From: Gemmatimonadota bacterium
GTDB lineage: Bacteria; Gemmatimonadota; Gemmatimonadetes; Gemmatimonadales; GWC2-71-9
NCBI GenBank assembly: GCA_036679605.1
Contig: JAZDCZ010000244.1
Coordinates: forward strand, 1-59,592
Direction: 5' to 3'
DNA length: 59,592 nucleotides
Both the position numbers and the translations under genes were made by a program. Shown here in pieces: positions 1 through 10,100 of the stretch. Every line of letters starts with the position of its first letter. The stretch's first letter is position 1. Below the pieces are notes generated by a model. The model had not been told where the DNA came from. It saw only the letters and a list, made by a program, of their open reading frames with translations, and made no database searches.

Positions 1-442
1 CTCAAACGATCCAGTCCCGGTGACTGCGGAACGCTCGCGATTTTGGAGCCCTTTGGAGCTCGAGCCGAGATTGCAGCACCGAGCTGGACGGACCTCAGTA
101 TGCACCCGGTGCAACGGGCACCGATCAGAGTGCGGATGGTAGCCAATCGACGAGCACAGGCGTAGCCGCCACGTCGGCGAACTTGACAACTTGGCCTTCT
201 CATGGTAGCGGCGACTCTCACGTCGCCGATCAGCAAGATCCGGGAGTTGAAGGATAGGTGAGAAAGTGAAATATGGAGATACTGCCGCGGACCATTTACT
301 AGGACACGGATCTGCTTCTTGCGGGAGACAGATCCAAGCTTGGGGGACCGATACCGCTAGGGTCGTACCCACGAGTAAACTCGCGGCTCGACCGGTCTGT
401 CGCTGAAGCGACGTTGCCCGTGTTCACTACTCTGTTCCCCGT

Positions 443-470
443 TTGCCATTCTGCGCCGCTGCCCCATATT
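443..470 (+). promoter_or_regulatory. putative sigma-70 promoter of kinase 1 (TTGCCA-N16-CATATT)
   Basis: A near-identical motif with the same spacing (TTGCGA-N16-CATATT) lies upstream of kinase 2 at 3692-3719. Confidence 0.5.
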
Positions 471-500
471 TAGCCGTCCCTCACCCCGGAGCGCCGCCCG

Positions 501-3500
501 TTGTCAGAACTACAGACCCGTCTCCAAACCGCCGTCGGTGACACCTATCGCATAGAGAAGGAACTGGGCGGTGGTGGCATGAGCCGCGTGTTCCTGGCCG
601 AGGAGGTAGCGCTGGAGCGGCGGGTGGTAATCAAGCTGCTGCCGCCGGAGATGGCCGCCGGTGTGAGCGTGGAGCGGTTCGAGCGAGAGATCAAACTCGC
701 TGCCAAACTGCAGCACCCCCACATAGTTCCATTGCTAACGGCGGGCTCGAAGGACGATCTCCTGTTCTACGTCATGCCATACATCGAGGGCGAGTCCCTG
801 CGCGCGAAGCTGACGCGAGAGGGTGAGCTGCCGGTGGGTGAGGCCGTGCGAATCCTGAAGGAAGTGATAGACGCCCTGTCGTACGCCCACAGTCATGGGA
901 TAGTGCACCGTGACATCAAGCCCGACAACGTGCTGTTGTCCGGTAAGCATGCGGTGGTGACTGATTTTGGAGTAGCTAAGGCAGTTAGTAGTTCGACGGC
1001 AGGTCAGTCGTTGACGTCGATGGGCATAGCCCTGGGCACTCCGGCATACATGGCACCGGAGCAGGCGGCGGCTGATCCGCACGTGGACCATCGTGCGGAC
1101 GTGTATGCGGTGGGGGTCTTGGCCTACGAGATGCTAACGGGTCAGCCTCCGTTTACGGGTCCCAATCCACAGGCGGTGCTGAGTGCGCACATGACGCAGG
1201 CACCGGACCCGGTATCGATACGTCGCTCGACGGTGCCCGCGGCGTTGGACGGTTTGATCATGCGCTGTTTGGAGAAGAAAGCTGCCGACAGATGGCAGCA
1301 GGCGGAGGAGTTGTTGCCCCATTTGGAGGGTATGACGACACCGAGTGGTGGTCTAACGCCGACTGGCACGCAGCCGGTGATGGCGATGACGACATCGGCT
1401 GCGGAGCGCGCAGTTAAGAACGCTCATCCCTTACGAGTGATCGGGCTGTTTGGTCTCGCGTCGGTTGGGGCCTTGGCGATCGTGTATTTCTTGGTCCAGC
1501 TGATCGGCTTGCCGGACTGGGTGTTCTACGGAGCGATTGGTCTACTGGCGGTGGGTTTTCCGATCGTTCTTCTAACGGGCCATCGAGAGAAGCAGCGCGC
1601 GTTTGCGACGATGACTGGCATGTCGATGGCTACGCCGGTAGGGCTGGAGCGTCATTTCACATGGCGCAAGGCGATCATAGGAGGTGGGCTGGCGTTTGTC
1701 GGGCTGGCAGTGGTCGCCGGTGTCTACATGACGATGCGGGTGATGGGGATAGGGCCGGTGGGTACGCTGGTCGCGAGCGGTGTATTGGCCGAGCAAAGTG
1801 CGATTCTGATCACGGAGTTCCAGAATCATACCTCGGACTCGACCCTGGGCCGCACGCTTGCGACGCTAGTTCGTACTGACTTCGGGCAGTCTAAGGTGGT
1901 GAAACTGGTTGACCAGTCCACATTTGCCGCCGCACTCAACCGCATGCAGCGCAACCCGGGTCAGGCTGTTGATTCCGCCCTGGCAATGGAGGTTGCCGAA
2001 CGCGAAGGCATCCCGGCCATAGTGACCGGAGACGTCAGTGCGGTCGGATCCGCATTTGTCGTAACGGCGAGTGTGATCTCGACCGCGAATGGAGCGGTGT
2101 TGGTGGCTGTCACGGAACCGGCCAAGGACGACGCCGGCCTAATAACGGCTATCGGCAAGTTGTCGCGCAAACTGCGCGAGAGAATTGGTGAGTCGTTGAA
2201 AGACATTCGTTCGAACCCCTCTCTCGAGCGGGTGACCACATCATCGCTCCCCGCTCTCCGCACATACTCCCAAGCGATTGCTGCCGAGAACCTCGGCGAC
2301 TTCCGACGCGCGATGGCGTTGCTGGATGAGGCGGTCGGGATCGACTCGGCGTTCGCCATGGCATATCGCAAGCTCGCGGTGATTAGGGGAAACACGTTCG
2401 AGCCGCGACCGTTGGTCCTCGACGCCACGGAGAAGGCGTTCCGATATCGCGATCGACTACCGGCCGTCGAGCGGTACCTTACCGAGGCGCGCTACTATGG
2501 CACCGTCGAGGGAGACCGTGAGAAAGAGATGGACGCCTACCGCTCCGTGCTCGCTATCGATCCGCACGAAACGACCTCGCTCAACAACCTCGCTAACGGT
2601 CTCAACATCATGAAGCGGTATGAGGAGGCGGAGCCGTACGCGTTGCGTGCGCTGGAACAGGGAAACAACTGGGTGTTCTACGCCAACGTAATCACTGCGC
2701 GCGCCGGACAGGGTAAGTGGCAGGCCGCCGAGGAGATGGCCGAGCAGCTACGAGCGGATCTGGGTGACGATAGTCCCCACTATGGACGGTTTGCCGGAGA
2801 CCTCGCGGCGGCGCAGGGCCAATTCGAACGGGCCGACAGTCTGTATCGATCGGTGCTCGATACACGCAATGAAACTTTCTGGCAGATCGGGGCCAGCATG
2901 GGATCGGCAAGCATAGATTTCATGCGCGGCAAACTCGCTGGCGGAGAGGCCCATATCGAGCACGCGATGGAGGAAGCTGCAGTGCGACCCGGCGGGTCGC
3001 TTGCATTTGCCATGATGATGGCTCAGGAGAAGCTGCGGTTCCATGATGATCGGGTTGCCGCGCTCGGTATCGTGCGAGATGCGCTCGAACGAGAACCGCT
3101 CAGCGACGTATCACCGTTGGAGCGTCCATACTCGAACCTCGCGATGCTTTACGTCGATCTCGGTGAGCCCGACACGGCGCAGGCATTGCTCGACGAATAC
3201 AAACGAGAAGTAGACGAAACATTCCGGCGTTCTGATCTTGCGATCATCGGTGCCGAAGCAGCAGTGGCTGCCGCTCGAGGGCAATTGGATGCGGCCATTG
3301 CGGGTTTCCGTCGGTGGGACGCGGCGGGAGACGGCTTCTGCAAAGAGTGCGCAATGTTCCGTGTAGCCGATGTGTTCGACAGGGTGGAACAACCGGATTC
3401 TGCGATAGTTGCCTATGAGGTCGCGATCAACGCGAACAATCTCTACCGCCAATACGAAGATTGGTCCTTCTATCCGCAGGCGCATAAGCGACTGGGGGAG

Positions 3501-3644
3501 TTGTATGAGCAATCCGGAAATAAGGACAAGGCCATCGAGTATTACAACAAATTCGTCGAGCTATGGAAGGACGCCGACGCAGAATTGCAGCCGCAGGTGA
3601 AAGATGTGAGGGATCGGATTGCGCGGTTGGTAGGGGAGAGATAG
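501..3644 (+). CDS. membrane-anchored Ser/Thr protein kinase with TolB-N-like domain and TPR repeats (paralog 1)
   Basis: GGGGMSRV loop, VVIK, HRDIKPDN, DFG and GTPAYMAPE motifs; three hydrophobic helices; helical TPR-like C-terminal half; TTG start with GGAG RBS. Confidence 0.93.
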   Translation: MSELQTRLQTAVGDTYRIEKELGGGGMSRVFLAEEVALERRVVIKLLPPEMAAGVSVERFEREIKLAAKLQHPHIVPLLTAGSKDDLLFYVMPYIEGESLRAKLTREGELPVGEAVRILKEVIDALSYAHSHGIVHRDIKPDNVLLSGKHAVVTDFGVAKAVSSSTAGQSLTSMGIALGTPAYMAPEQAAADPHVDHRADVYAVGVLAYEMLTGQPPFTGPNPQAVLSAHMTQAPDPVSIRRSTVPAALDGLIMRCLEKKAADRWQQAEELLPHLEGMTTPSGGLTPTGTQPVMAMTTSAAERAVKNAHPLRVIGLFGLASVGALAIVYFLVQLIGLPDWVFYGAIGLLAVGFPIVLLTGHREKQRAFATMTGMSMATPVGLERHFTWRKAIIGGGLAFVGLAVVAGVYMTMRVMGIGPVGTLVASGVLAEQSAILITEFQNHTSDSTLGRTLATLVRTDFGQSKVVKLVDQSTFAAALNRMQRNPGQAVDSALAMEVAEREGIPAIVTGDVSAVGSAFVVTASVISTANGAVLVAVTEPAKDDAGLITAIGKLSRKLRERIGESLKDIRSNPSLERVTTSSLPALRTYSQAIAAENLGDFRRAMALLDEAVGIDSAFAMAYRKLAVIRGNTFEPRPLVLDATEKAFRYRDRLPAVERYLTEARYYGTVEGDREKEMDAYRSVLAIDPHETTSLNNLANGLNIMKRYEEAEPYALRALEQGNNWVFYANVITARAGQGKWQAAEEMAEQLRADLGDDSPHYGRFAGDLAAAQGQFERADSLYRSVLDTRNETFWQIGASMGSASIDFMRGKLAGGEAHIEHAMEEAAVRPGGSLAFAMMMAQEKLRFHDDRVAALGIVRDALEREPLSDVSPLERPYSNLAMLYVDLGEPDTAQALLDEYKREVDETFRRSDLAIIGAEAAVAAARGQLDAAIAGFRRWDAAGDGFCKECAMFRVADVFDRVEQPDSAIVAYEVAINANNLYRQYEDWSFYPQAHKRLGELYEQSGNKDKAIEYYNKFVELWKDADAELQPQVKDVRDRIARLVGER

Positions 3645-3691
3645 GGAAAAGGGAAAAGCCCCCCCTCCCGTATCCAAGAGTCGATGCCCGT

Positions 3692-3719
3692 TTGCGATTC
3701 GGCGATCCCACCCCATATT
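3692..3719 (+). promoter_or_regulatory. putative sigma-70 promoter of kinase 2 (TTGCGA-N16-CATATT)
   Basis: Duplicate of the motif at 443-470. Confidence 0.5.
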
Positions 3720-3857
3720 TACCGCGTCCTCATGCCATGGAGTTCTGTGAGTTGAGTTCTCAGTCATGCCAGCAGCCAGCCGTTGCCGTGTGGTCCCGCC
3801 CTGAAGGGCGCGCTCGGCCAAGAGTCGGGTCCTTAAGGACACCCTACTGGGGCCTCC

Positions 3858-6800
3858 ATGTCTGACCTCCGCGATCGCTTGCAAACGGCCGTCGGTGATA
3901 GCTACCGCATCGAGAAGGAACTGGGCGGCGGCGGCATGAGCCGAGTGTTTCTGGCGGACGAGGTGGCGCTGGGCCGCAAGGTGGTGATCAAGGTGTTGCC
4001 TCCGGAGATGTCGGCCGGCGTCTCCATAGAGCGCTTCCACCGCGAGATCAAATTAGCGGCCAAGCTGCAGCATCCGCATGTTGTCTCGCTGTTGACGGCG
4101 GGTTCGGAGGACGATCTTCTCTACTATGTGATGCCTTACATCGAGGGTGAGTCTCTCCGTGCCAAGCTGCAGCGTTCGGGCGAGCTTCCGATTGGCGAGA
4201 CCTTGCGGATTTTGCGCGAGGTGGTGGATGCGCTGGCCTACGCCCATCGGAGCGGGGTGGTGCACCGCGACATCAAGCCCGACAACGTACTGCTGTCGGA
4301 AGGTCATGCTGTGGTGACGGACTTTGGTGTGGCCAAGGCTGTCACGGCATCGAGTGGCAGCTCCTCGCTCACGTCGCTGGGGGTGGCCCTGGGCACGCCG
4401 GCGTACATGTCGCCGGAGCAGGCCGCCGCCGATCCGCATACGGACCATCGTGCGGATATCTACGCCGTCGGAGCGTTGGCATACGAGATGTTGTGTGGCG
4501 AGCCGCCGTTTACCGGCCCCACGCCGCAGTCGGTGATGGCGAAGCACGTGAGTGAGGCAGCGGAGCCACTGATCCGGCGGAGGCCTGCGGTATCTGAGGT
4601 GTTGAACTCGGTTGTGATGCGTTGTTTGGAGAAGCGTGCGGCGGACAGGTGGCAGAGTGCGGCAGAGTTGATGCCGGAACTGGATGCCTTGACGACGCCG
4701 AGCGGAGGTATGACACCCACGGGCACGCAGCCGGTGATGGCGATGACGACGTCGGCAGCGGAGCGCGTGGTCAGGAATGCGCAGCCGCTTAGAGTGATAG
4801 GGTTGTTCGGTTTGGCGTCGGTGGGGGCGTTGGCGATCGTGTATTTCCTGGTGCAGTTGATTGGATTGCCGGACTGGGTGTTCTACGGAGCGATTGGTCT
4901 GTTGGCGGCGGGTTTACCGATCGTCCTTCTGACGGGCCATCGCGAGAAGCAGCGTGCGTTCGCCACGATGACCGGCATGTCGATTGCGACGCCGGTGGGG
5001 TTGGAGCGTCATTTCACGTGGCGCAAGTCGTTGATCGGAGGCGGGCTGGCGTTTGTGGGGTTGGCTGTGATCGCAGGGGTTTACATGGCGATGCGGGTGA
5101 TGGGGATTGGGCCGGTGGGTACACTCGTTGCCTCGGGGGTGTTGGAGGAACGCGACCCGCTCGTTGTGGCCGATTTCGAGAACCGCACCGCCGATTCGAC
5201 GCTGGGCCCATCGATTACGGAAGCTCTGCGCATCGATCTCGGGCAATCTCCCATCATCAAACTCGTCGAGACTTCTGCCATCGACAAGGTTCTCAGACGC
5301 ATGAACCGGGAACCGGGTGCGGTTCTGGACTTGTCGTTAGCGCGGGAGATCGCCCAACGAGAGGGCTACAAGGCGGTGCTCACGGGGGAGATTTCACCGC
5401 TTGGCTCCGGGTACGTGTTGTCGGCCCGGCTGGTATCCGCCGCCGACGGCGAAACACTGGTGCCGCTCCGAGAGACCGCCGAGAGCGATGCCGGCATCAT
5501 CGGAGCGGTGGACAGGCTCTCCGCAAGGCTGCGGGAGCGGATCGGCGAATCACTCCGGACCATTCGGGCCAGCGAGTCGCTAGAGCGCGTGACGACCTCG
5601 TCGGTGGAGGCGCTCAAGAAGTACACCATGGCGAACCAGATATCGCGGTTGCCGGGTGGGGACGAGCAAGCGGTGCGGTTGCTGGAGGAATCGATCGCGT
5701 TGGACAGCACATTTGCCATGGCCTATCGTAAGTTGGCCGCATACTTGAGCAACATAGGTGCTAGCAACGCGCGGCAAAACGCCGCCGCGAGCAAGGCATT
5801 TGAATTCCGCGACCGGTTGACACCGGTGGAGCGTCACCTCGCCGCAGCGTACTACTATGGCTCGGTGGAATACGATCGCGCAAAGACGATCTCCGCCTAC
5901 CGCGACTTATTGGAGTTGGATCCCGAGAACGATGCCGCGCTCAACAACCTGTCCCTCATTCTGCAGACCACCGATCGGTTTGGGGAAGCAGAGCAACTGG
6001 CTCTCCGTGCAATAGAGACCGGTCCCGAATGGCAGTTCTACGCCAACGCGGTCTCCAGTGAGATATCGCTCGACAAGCTCGACGAGGCGCACCGAACGAT
6101 AGACCGTTTCGCCGCCGCGGTACCAGGACAACCGCGGATCTTGTGGTTGCGGGCCCTGCTGGCATCTGCCGAGGGGAACTTGGCGGCGGCAGATGCCTAC
6201 GTAGATTCGCTTGCCCGCGACAAGCGTGACAGTCCCCTGTGGCGGTGGTGGGTGAACCGACACAAGGCACTTCTCGCGCAGACGGGGGGCAGAATCGGAG
6301 ACGCGCGCCACTACTTGGAACAGTTCATGGCGGCTAGCGAGCAGCGAGGCTTACCCGGGAGCCACGTAGAGGGAGCCACGCGGCTCGCCTATCTGGACGT
6401 GCTGTTCGGAGCAAACAACGACCGCGGTCTCCAACTGGTCGATGCGGCTCTCGAGAAGCATCCTCTCGACTCCATCGAGCCAGCCGACCGACCGTATCCG
6501 TTACTCGCGTCGCTCTATGCGGATGCGGGTAAAGTTGATCGTGCGAACGAACTAATGGCGGAGTTTGAAGCCGAGGTTCCTGAGGCCGTTCGAAGGGGTT
6601 TCCCGTTTAGGCACCAGGCGACGGCCCGTATAGCCATTGCAGAGGGCCGGTCGGACGACGCGATCGCGGCGATCACCAAGTTTCAGGACGAGGCGAGCGG
6701 CCGGAGAGTCGGCTGGTTCGATATGGCCCAGGCGTACGAGTTGGCGGGCAAGGCAGATTCTGCGCTACTCATGTACGAGCGTGCGGTTGCCAGGCCGGAT

Positions 6801-7004
6801 GCATTCCAGGTGTTTGGAGACGCGTTCGAATTGCCGAGGGCGTACAACCGCCTCGGCGAATTGTACGAAGGGCGCGGCAATTCCGAGAAGGCCACAGAGT
6901 ACTACAACAAGTTCGTCGAACTGTGGAGCGATGCAGATGAAGAACTGCAGCCCAAGGTGAAAGACGTGAGGAATCGGATTGCGCGGTTGGTTGGAGAGCG
7001 ATAG
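3858..7004 (+). CDS. membrane-anchored Ser/Thr protein kinase with TolB-N-like domain and TPR repeats (paralog 2)
   Basis: Same kinase motifs and 3-TM block as paralog 1; shared C-terminus ...RIARLVGER. Confidence 0.93.
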   Translation: MSDLRDRLQTAVGDSYRIEKELGGGGMSRVFLADEVALGRKVVIKVLPPEMSAGVSIERFHREIKLAAKLQHPHVVSLLTAGSEDDLLYYVMPYIEGESLRAKLQRSGELPIGETLRILREVVDALAYAHRSGVVHRDIKPDNVLLSEGHAVVTDFGVAKAVTASSGSSSLTSLGVALGTPAYMSPEQAAADPHTDHRADIYAVGALAYEMLCGEPPFTGPTPQSVMAKHVSEAAEPLIRRRPAVSEVLNSVVMRCLEKRAADRWQSAAELMPELDALTTPSGGMTPTGTQPVMAMTTSAAERVVRNAQPLRVIGLFGLASVGALAIVYFLVQLIGLPDWVFYGAIGLLAAGLPIVLLTGHREKQRAFATMTGMSIATPVGLERHFTWRKSLIGGGLAFVGLAVIAGVYMAMRVMGIGPVGTLVASGVLEERDPLVVADFENRTADSTLGPSITEALRIDLGQSPIIKLVETSAIDKVLRRMNREPGAVLDLSLAREIAQREGYKAVLTGEISPLGSGYVLSARLVSAADGETLVPLRETAESDAGIIGAVDRLSARLRERIGESLRTIRASESLERVTTSSVEALKKYTMANQISRLPGGDEQAVRLLEESIALDSTFAMAYRKLAAYLSNIGASNARQNAAASKAFEFRDRLTPVERHLAAAYYYGSVEYDRAKTISAYRDLLELDPENDAALNNLSLILQTTDRFGEAEQLALRAIETGPEWQFYANAVSSEISLDKLDEAHRTIDRFAAAVPGQPRILWLRALLASAEGNLAAADAYVDSLARDKRDSPLWRWWVNRHKALLAQTGGRIGDARHYLEQFMAASEQRGLPGSHVEGATRLAYLDVLFGANNDRGLQLVDAALEKHPLDSIEPADRPYPLLASLYADAGKVDRANELMAEFEAEVPEAVRRGFPFRHQATARIAIAEGRSDDAIAAITKFQDEASGRRVGWFDMAQAYELAGKADSALLMYERAVARPDAFQVFGDAFELPRAYNRLGELYEGRGNSEKATEYYNKFVELWSDADEELQPKVKDVRNRIARLVGER

Positions 7005-7027
7005 GGGCGCCGCATGCGTCGCCCGTA
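7001..7027 (+). repeat. GTAG-family REP-like palindrome
   Basis: ATAG-GGGCG-C-CGCATGCG-T-CGCCC-GTA overlapping the stop codon; related palindrome at 10279-10299. Confidence 0.5.
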
Positions 7028-7043
7028 ATTCCCATGCGGCACC

Positions 7044-7100
7044 CGTGAAAAGGGAAATGTGAAAGGTGAAAATGTGAGAAGGGAAAAGGGAAAAAGGAAA
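7044..7100 (+). repeat. purine-rich heptamer tandem repeat (AGGGAAA / NGTGAAA, about 8 units)
   Basis: cgtgaaa agggaaa tgtgaaa ggtgaaa a tgtgaga agggaaa agggaaa aaggaaa; shorter 2-unit versions follow kinase 1 (3643-3656) and kinase 3 (10301-10314). Confidence 0.7.
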
Positions 7101-7132
7101 AGTCGCCATCGGCCGTCTGGCGGGGCTGTCAA

Positions 7133-10100
7133 GTGACCGACCTCCGCGATCGTTTGCAGGCGGCCATCGGTGACACCTACCGCATGGAGAAGGAACTGGG
7201 CGGGGGTGGCATGAGCCGCGTGTTCCTGGCCGAGGAGGTGGCGCTGGCTCGGCGGGTGGTGATCAAGCTGCTGCCGCCGGAGATGTCGGCGGGCGTCTCG
7301 GTCGAGCGATTCCAACGTGAGATCCAACTCGCTGCCAAACTGCAACATCCCCATATCGTTCCACTCCTCACGGCTGGTTCGCACGACGATCTGCTGTACT
7401 ACGTGATGCCGTACATCGAGGGTGAGTCGTTGCGGGCGAAGCTGGCTCGTGAGGGCGAGTTGCCGGTGAACGAGGCGGTGAGAATCCTAAAAGAGGTTCT
7501 TGACGCGCTGCAATATTCTCACTCGCACAATGTTGTGCATCGCGACATCAAGCCGGACAATGTATTGCTCTCGGGCAATCATGCTGTGGTGATGGATTTC
7601 GGCGTGGCCAAGGCGGTGAGCGCGTCTACGGGGCAATCATCACTCACGTCTCTGGGCGTCGCGCTCGGCACACCGGCGTATATGGCTCCCGAACAGGCCG
7701 CAGCTGATCCACATGTGGATCATCGTGCGGACATCTATGCGGTAGGTGCGTTGGCGTATGAGATGATGACGGGTCGGCCACCGTTTACCGGTAACACACC
7801 TCAGGCGGTGTTGTCGGCCCACATCACACAGGCGCCTGATCCGGTGACGACGCATCGCTCGACGGTGCCGGATGCGTTGAACGAGCTGATTCTGCGTTGT
7901 TTGCAGAAGAAGGCGGCCGACAGGTGGCAGCGGGCCGCAGATTTGATCCCGCATCTGGATGCGATCCTGACCCCGAGCGGCGGCATGACACCGACTGGCA
8001 CGCAGCCGGTGGCGGCAATGACGACTTCGGCTGCGGAGCGCGCGGTTCAGAACGCTCATCCTCTAAGAGTGATGGGGTTATTCGGTTTGGCTTCGGTTGG
8101 GGCATTGGCGATCGTGTATTTCCTGGTCCAGTTGATTGGTTTGCCTGACTGGGTGTTTTACGGAGCGATCGGGCTGTTGGTAGTGGGTTTCCCGATCGTC
8201 CTTCTAACGGGCCATCGAGAGAAGCAGCGTGCGTTTGCGACGATGACGGGGATGTCGATGGCTACGCCGGTAGGACTGGAGCGTCATTTCACATGGCGCA
8301 AGTCGTTGATTGGTGGTGGGCTGGCGTTTGTCGGGCTGGCAGTGGTCGCCGGTGTCTACATGACGATGCGGGTGATGGGGATAGGGCCGGTGGGTACGCT
8401 GGTGGCGAGCGGAGTGCTGGGGGAACGCGAGCGGATACTGCTCACGGATTTCCAGAACCGCACGTCGGACTCTACGCTTGGCCCCTCGGTTACCAATGCC
8501 TTCCGCGTCGATCTTTCCCAATCCCAGGTCATCAGGCTGGTGGATGCATCTGCTCTGGGAGGCGTTTTGCGCAGAATGGAAGTCGATCCATCAACCCCGA
8601 TCGATTTGAAACTGGCGCGCGAGATCGCCGAGCGCGAGGGAATAAATGCGATAGTGACCGGTGAGTTGGGACCGGTAGGCCGAGGCTACGTGCTGTCAGC
8701 CAGCATAGTGTCGGCCGAAAACGGAGAGGTGTTGACGGCTGTCCGCGAGACGGCTAGCGACGACGGTGAGATCATTGGAGCGATAGACAAACTCTCCGGC
8801 AAGCTGCGGGAACGCATTGGTGAGTCACTCAGGGACATCAGAGCCAACGAGCCGCTGGACCGCGTGACGACGGCGTCGTTGCCGGCGCTCAGGAAGTATT
8901 CCCAGGCCATAAGAGCCGAGCAGCAAGGAGATATCACGTGGGCCGTTTCGTTGATGGAGGAAGCGACGTCTCTCGACACGGCGTTTGCGATGGCCTATCG
9001 CAAGCTCGCGGTGATTCTAGGTAACACGTCTGCCGAGCGTTCACGCACAATCGCGGCGACGGCCAAAGCGTTCGAGCACCGCGACCGGCTGACCGAGATC
9101 GAGCGGTACCTCACGATCGCACGCTACCACGCGGCTGTCGAGTACGACAGAACCAAGGTGATGGACGCCTACCGCTCCGTGTTGGCGATCGACCCGGACG
9201 AGATTACGTCGCTCAACAATCTGGCCGTATCGTTGAACAGCATGCGCAGGTTTGAGGAGGCGGAGGAATTGGCGGTAAGGGCAAGTCATCTGGCGAGCAA
9301 CTATACGTTCTTCTTCAACTCAATATGGGCGCAGGCTGGACAGGGCAAGTACGACGATGCCCGGGCCACGATTGAGCGATTTGCCACCCTGGTTCCCGAG
9401 CACAATCCCTACCTTGTTCGGTTCAGGGGGCAGTTTGCGGCCAGCAGGAACGACTTTGATACGGCCGAACGGGCTTTCACGTCGATTCTAGACAGGGAGC
9501 GTGATGCCACCTGGCAGGCGAGTGCCAGCCTCAGCCTCTCTAATGAAAAGGCGATGCGCGGGCAACTTTCCGAGGCGGAACGTTACGCCCAGCTCAACAT
9601 GAAAGTTGAGCGAGAACGAGGAGTCCCGGCCAACTACCTGTCGGCAGTGACTCGGCGCGCCCTGATCGACACCAGGATCCGGGACGCTCCAGCGGACGCA
9701 CTGGACAAGCTGAATCGGGCCCTCGCGCAATATCCCTTGGCTGAGCTGCCGCCATCCGACAGGCCGTACTCCGTGCTGATCACGGCGTTTGCAAATGCGG
9801 GTGAGACCGAGCGAGCCAAGCGCCTGCTGGCCGAATACGAAGCGGAAGTCGAGCGGCCATTGCGAGATGGCGATCTAGCACGCTACGGAGCCGTTGCTGC
9901 GATCGCGCTTGCCGAGGGTAGGTATCGGGAAGCGATCGAGGGGTTTCAGGCGTGGCATGAATCGGGGGATTTTGTCTGTGCGTACTGTGCTCTCTATCGG
10001 CTGGGCCATACATACGATCTGGCCGGCAATGCGGACTCCGCGCTCGCGGTCTACGAGCGGGCCGTATCGGCTCACAACCTCTTCCGGATGTACGAAGTTC

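Noticed and set aside
1..300. Open frames at the window start (minus-strand MRRPSCQV... from 203; plus-strand ...RRAQA-stop)
   Set aside because: No recognisable motifs or RBS, and truncated by the window edge, so a CDS cannot be supported.
7044..7100. Short repeats considered as a possible CRISPR array
   Set aside because: 7-bp tandem units with no spacers and no cas genes; I saw no CRISPR array in the window.
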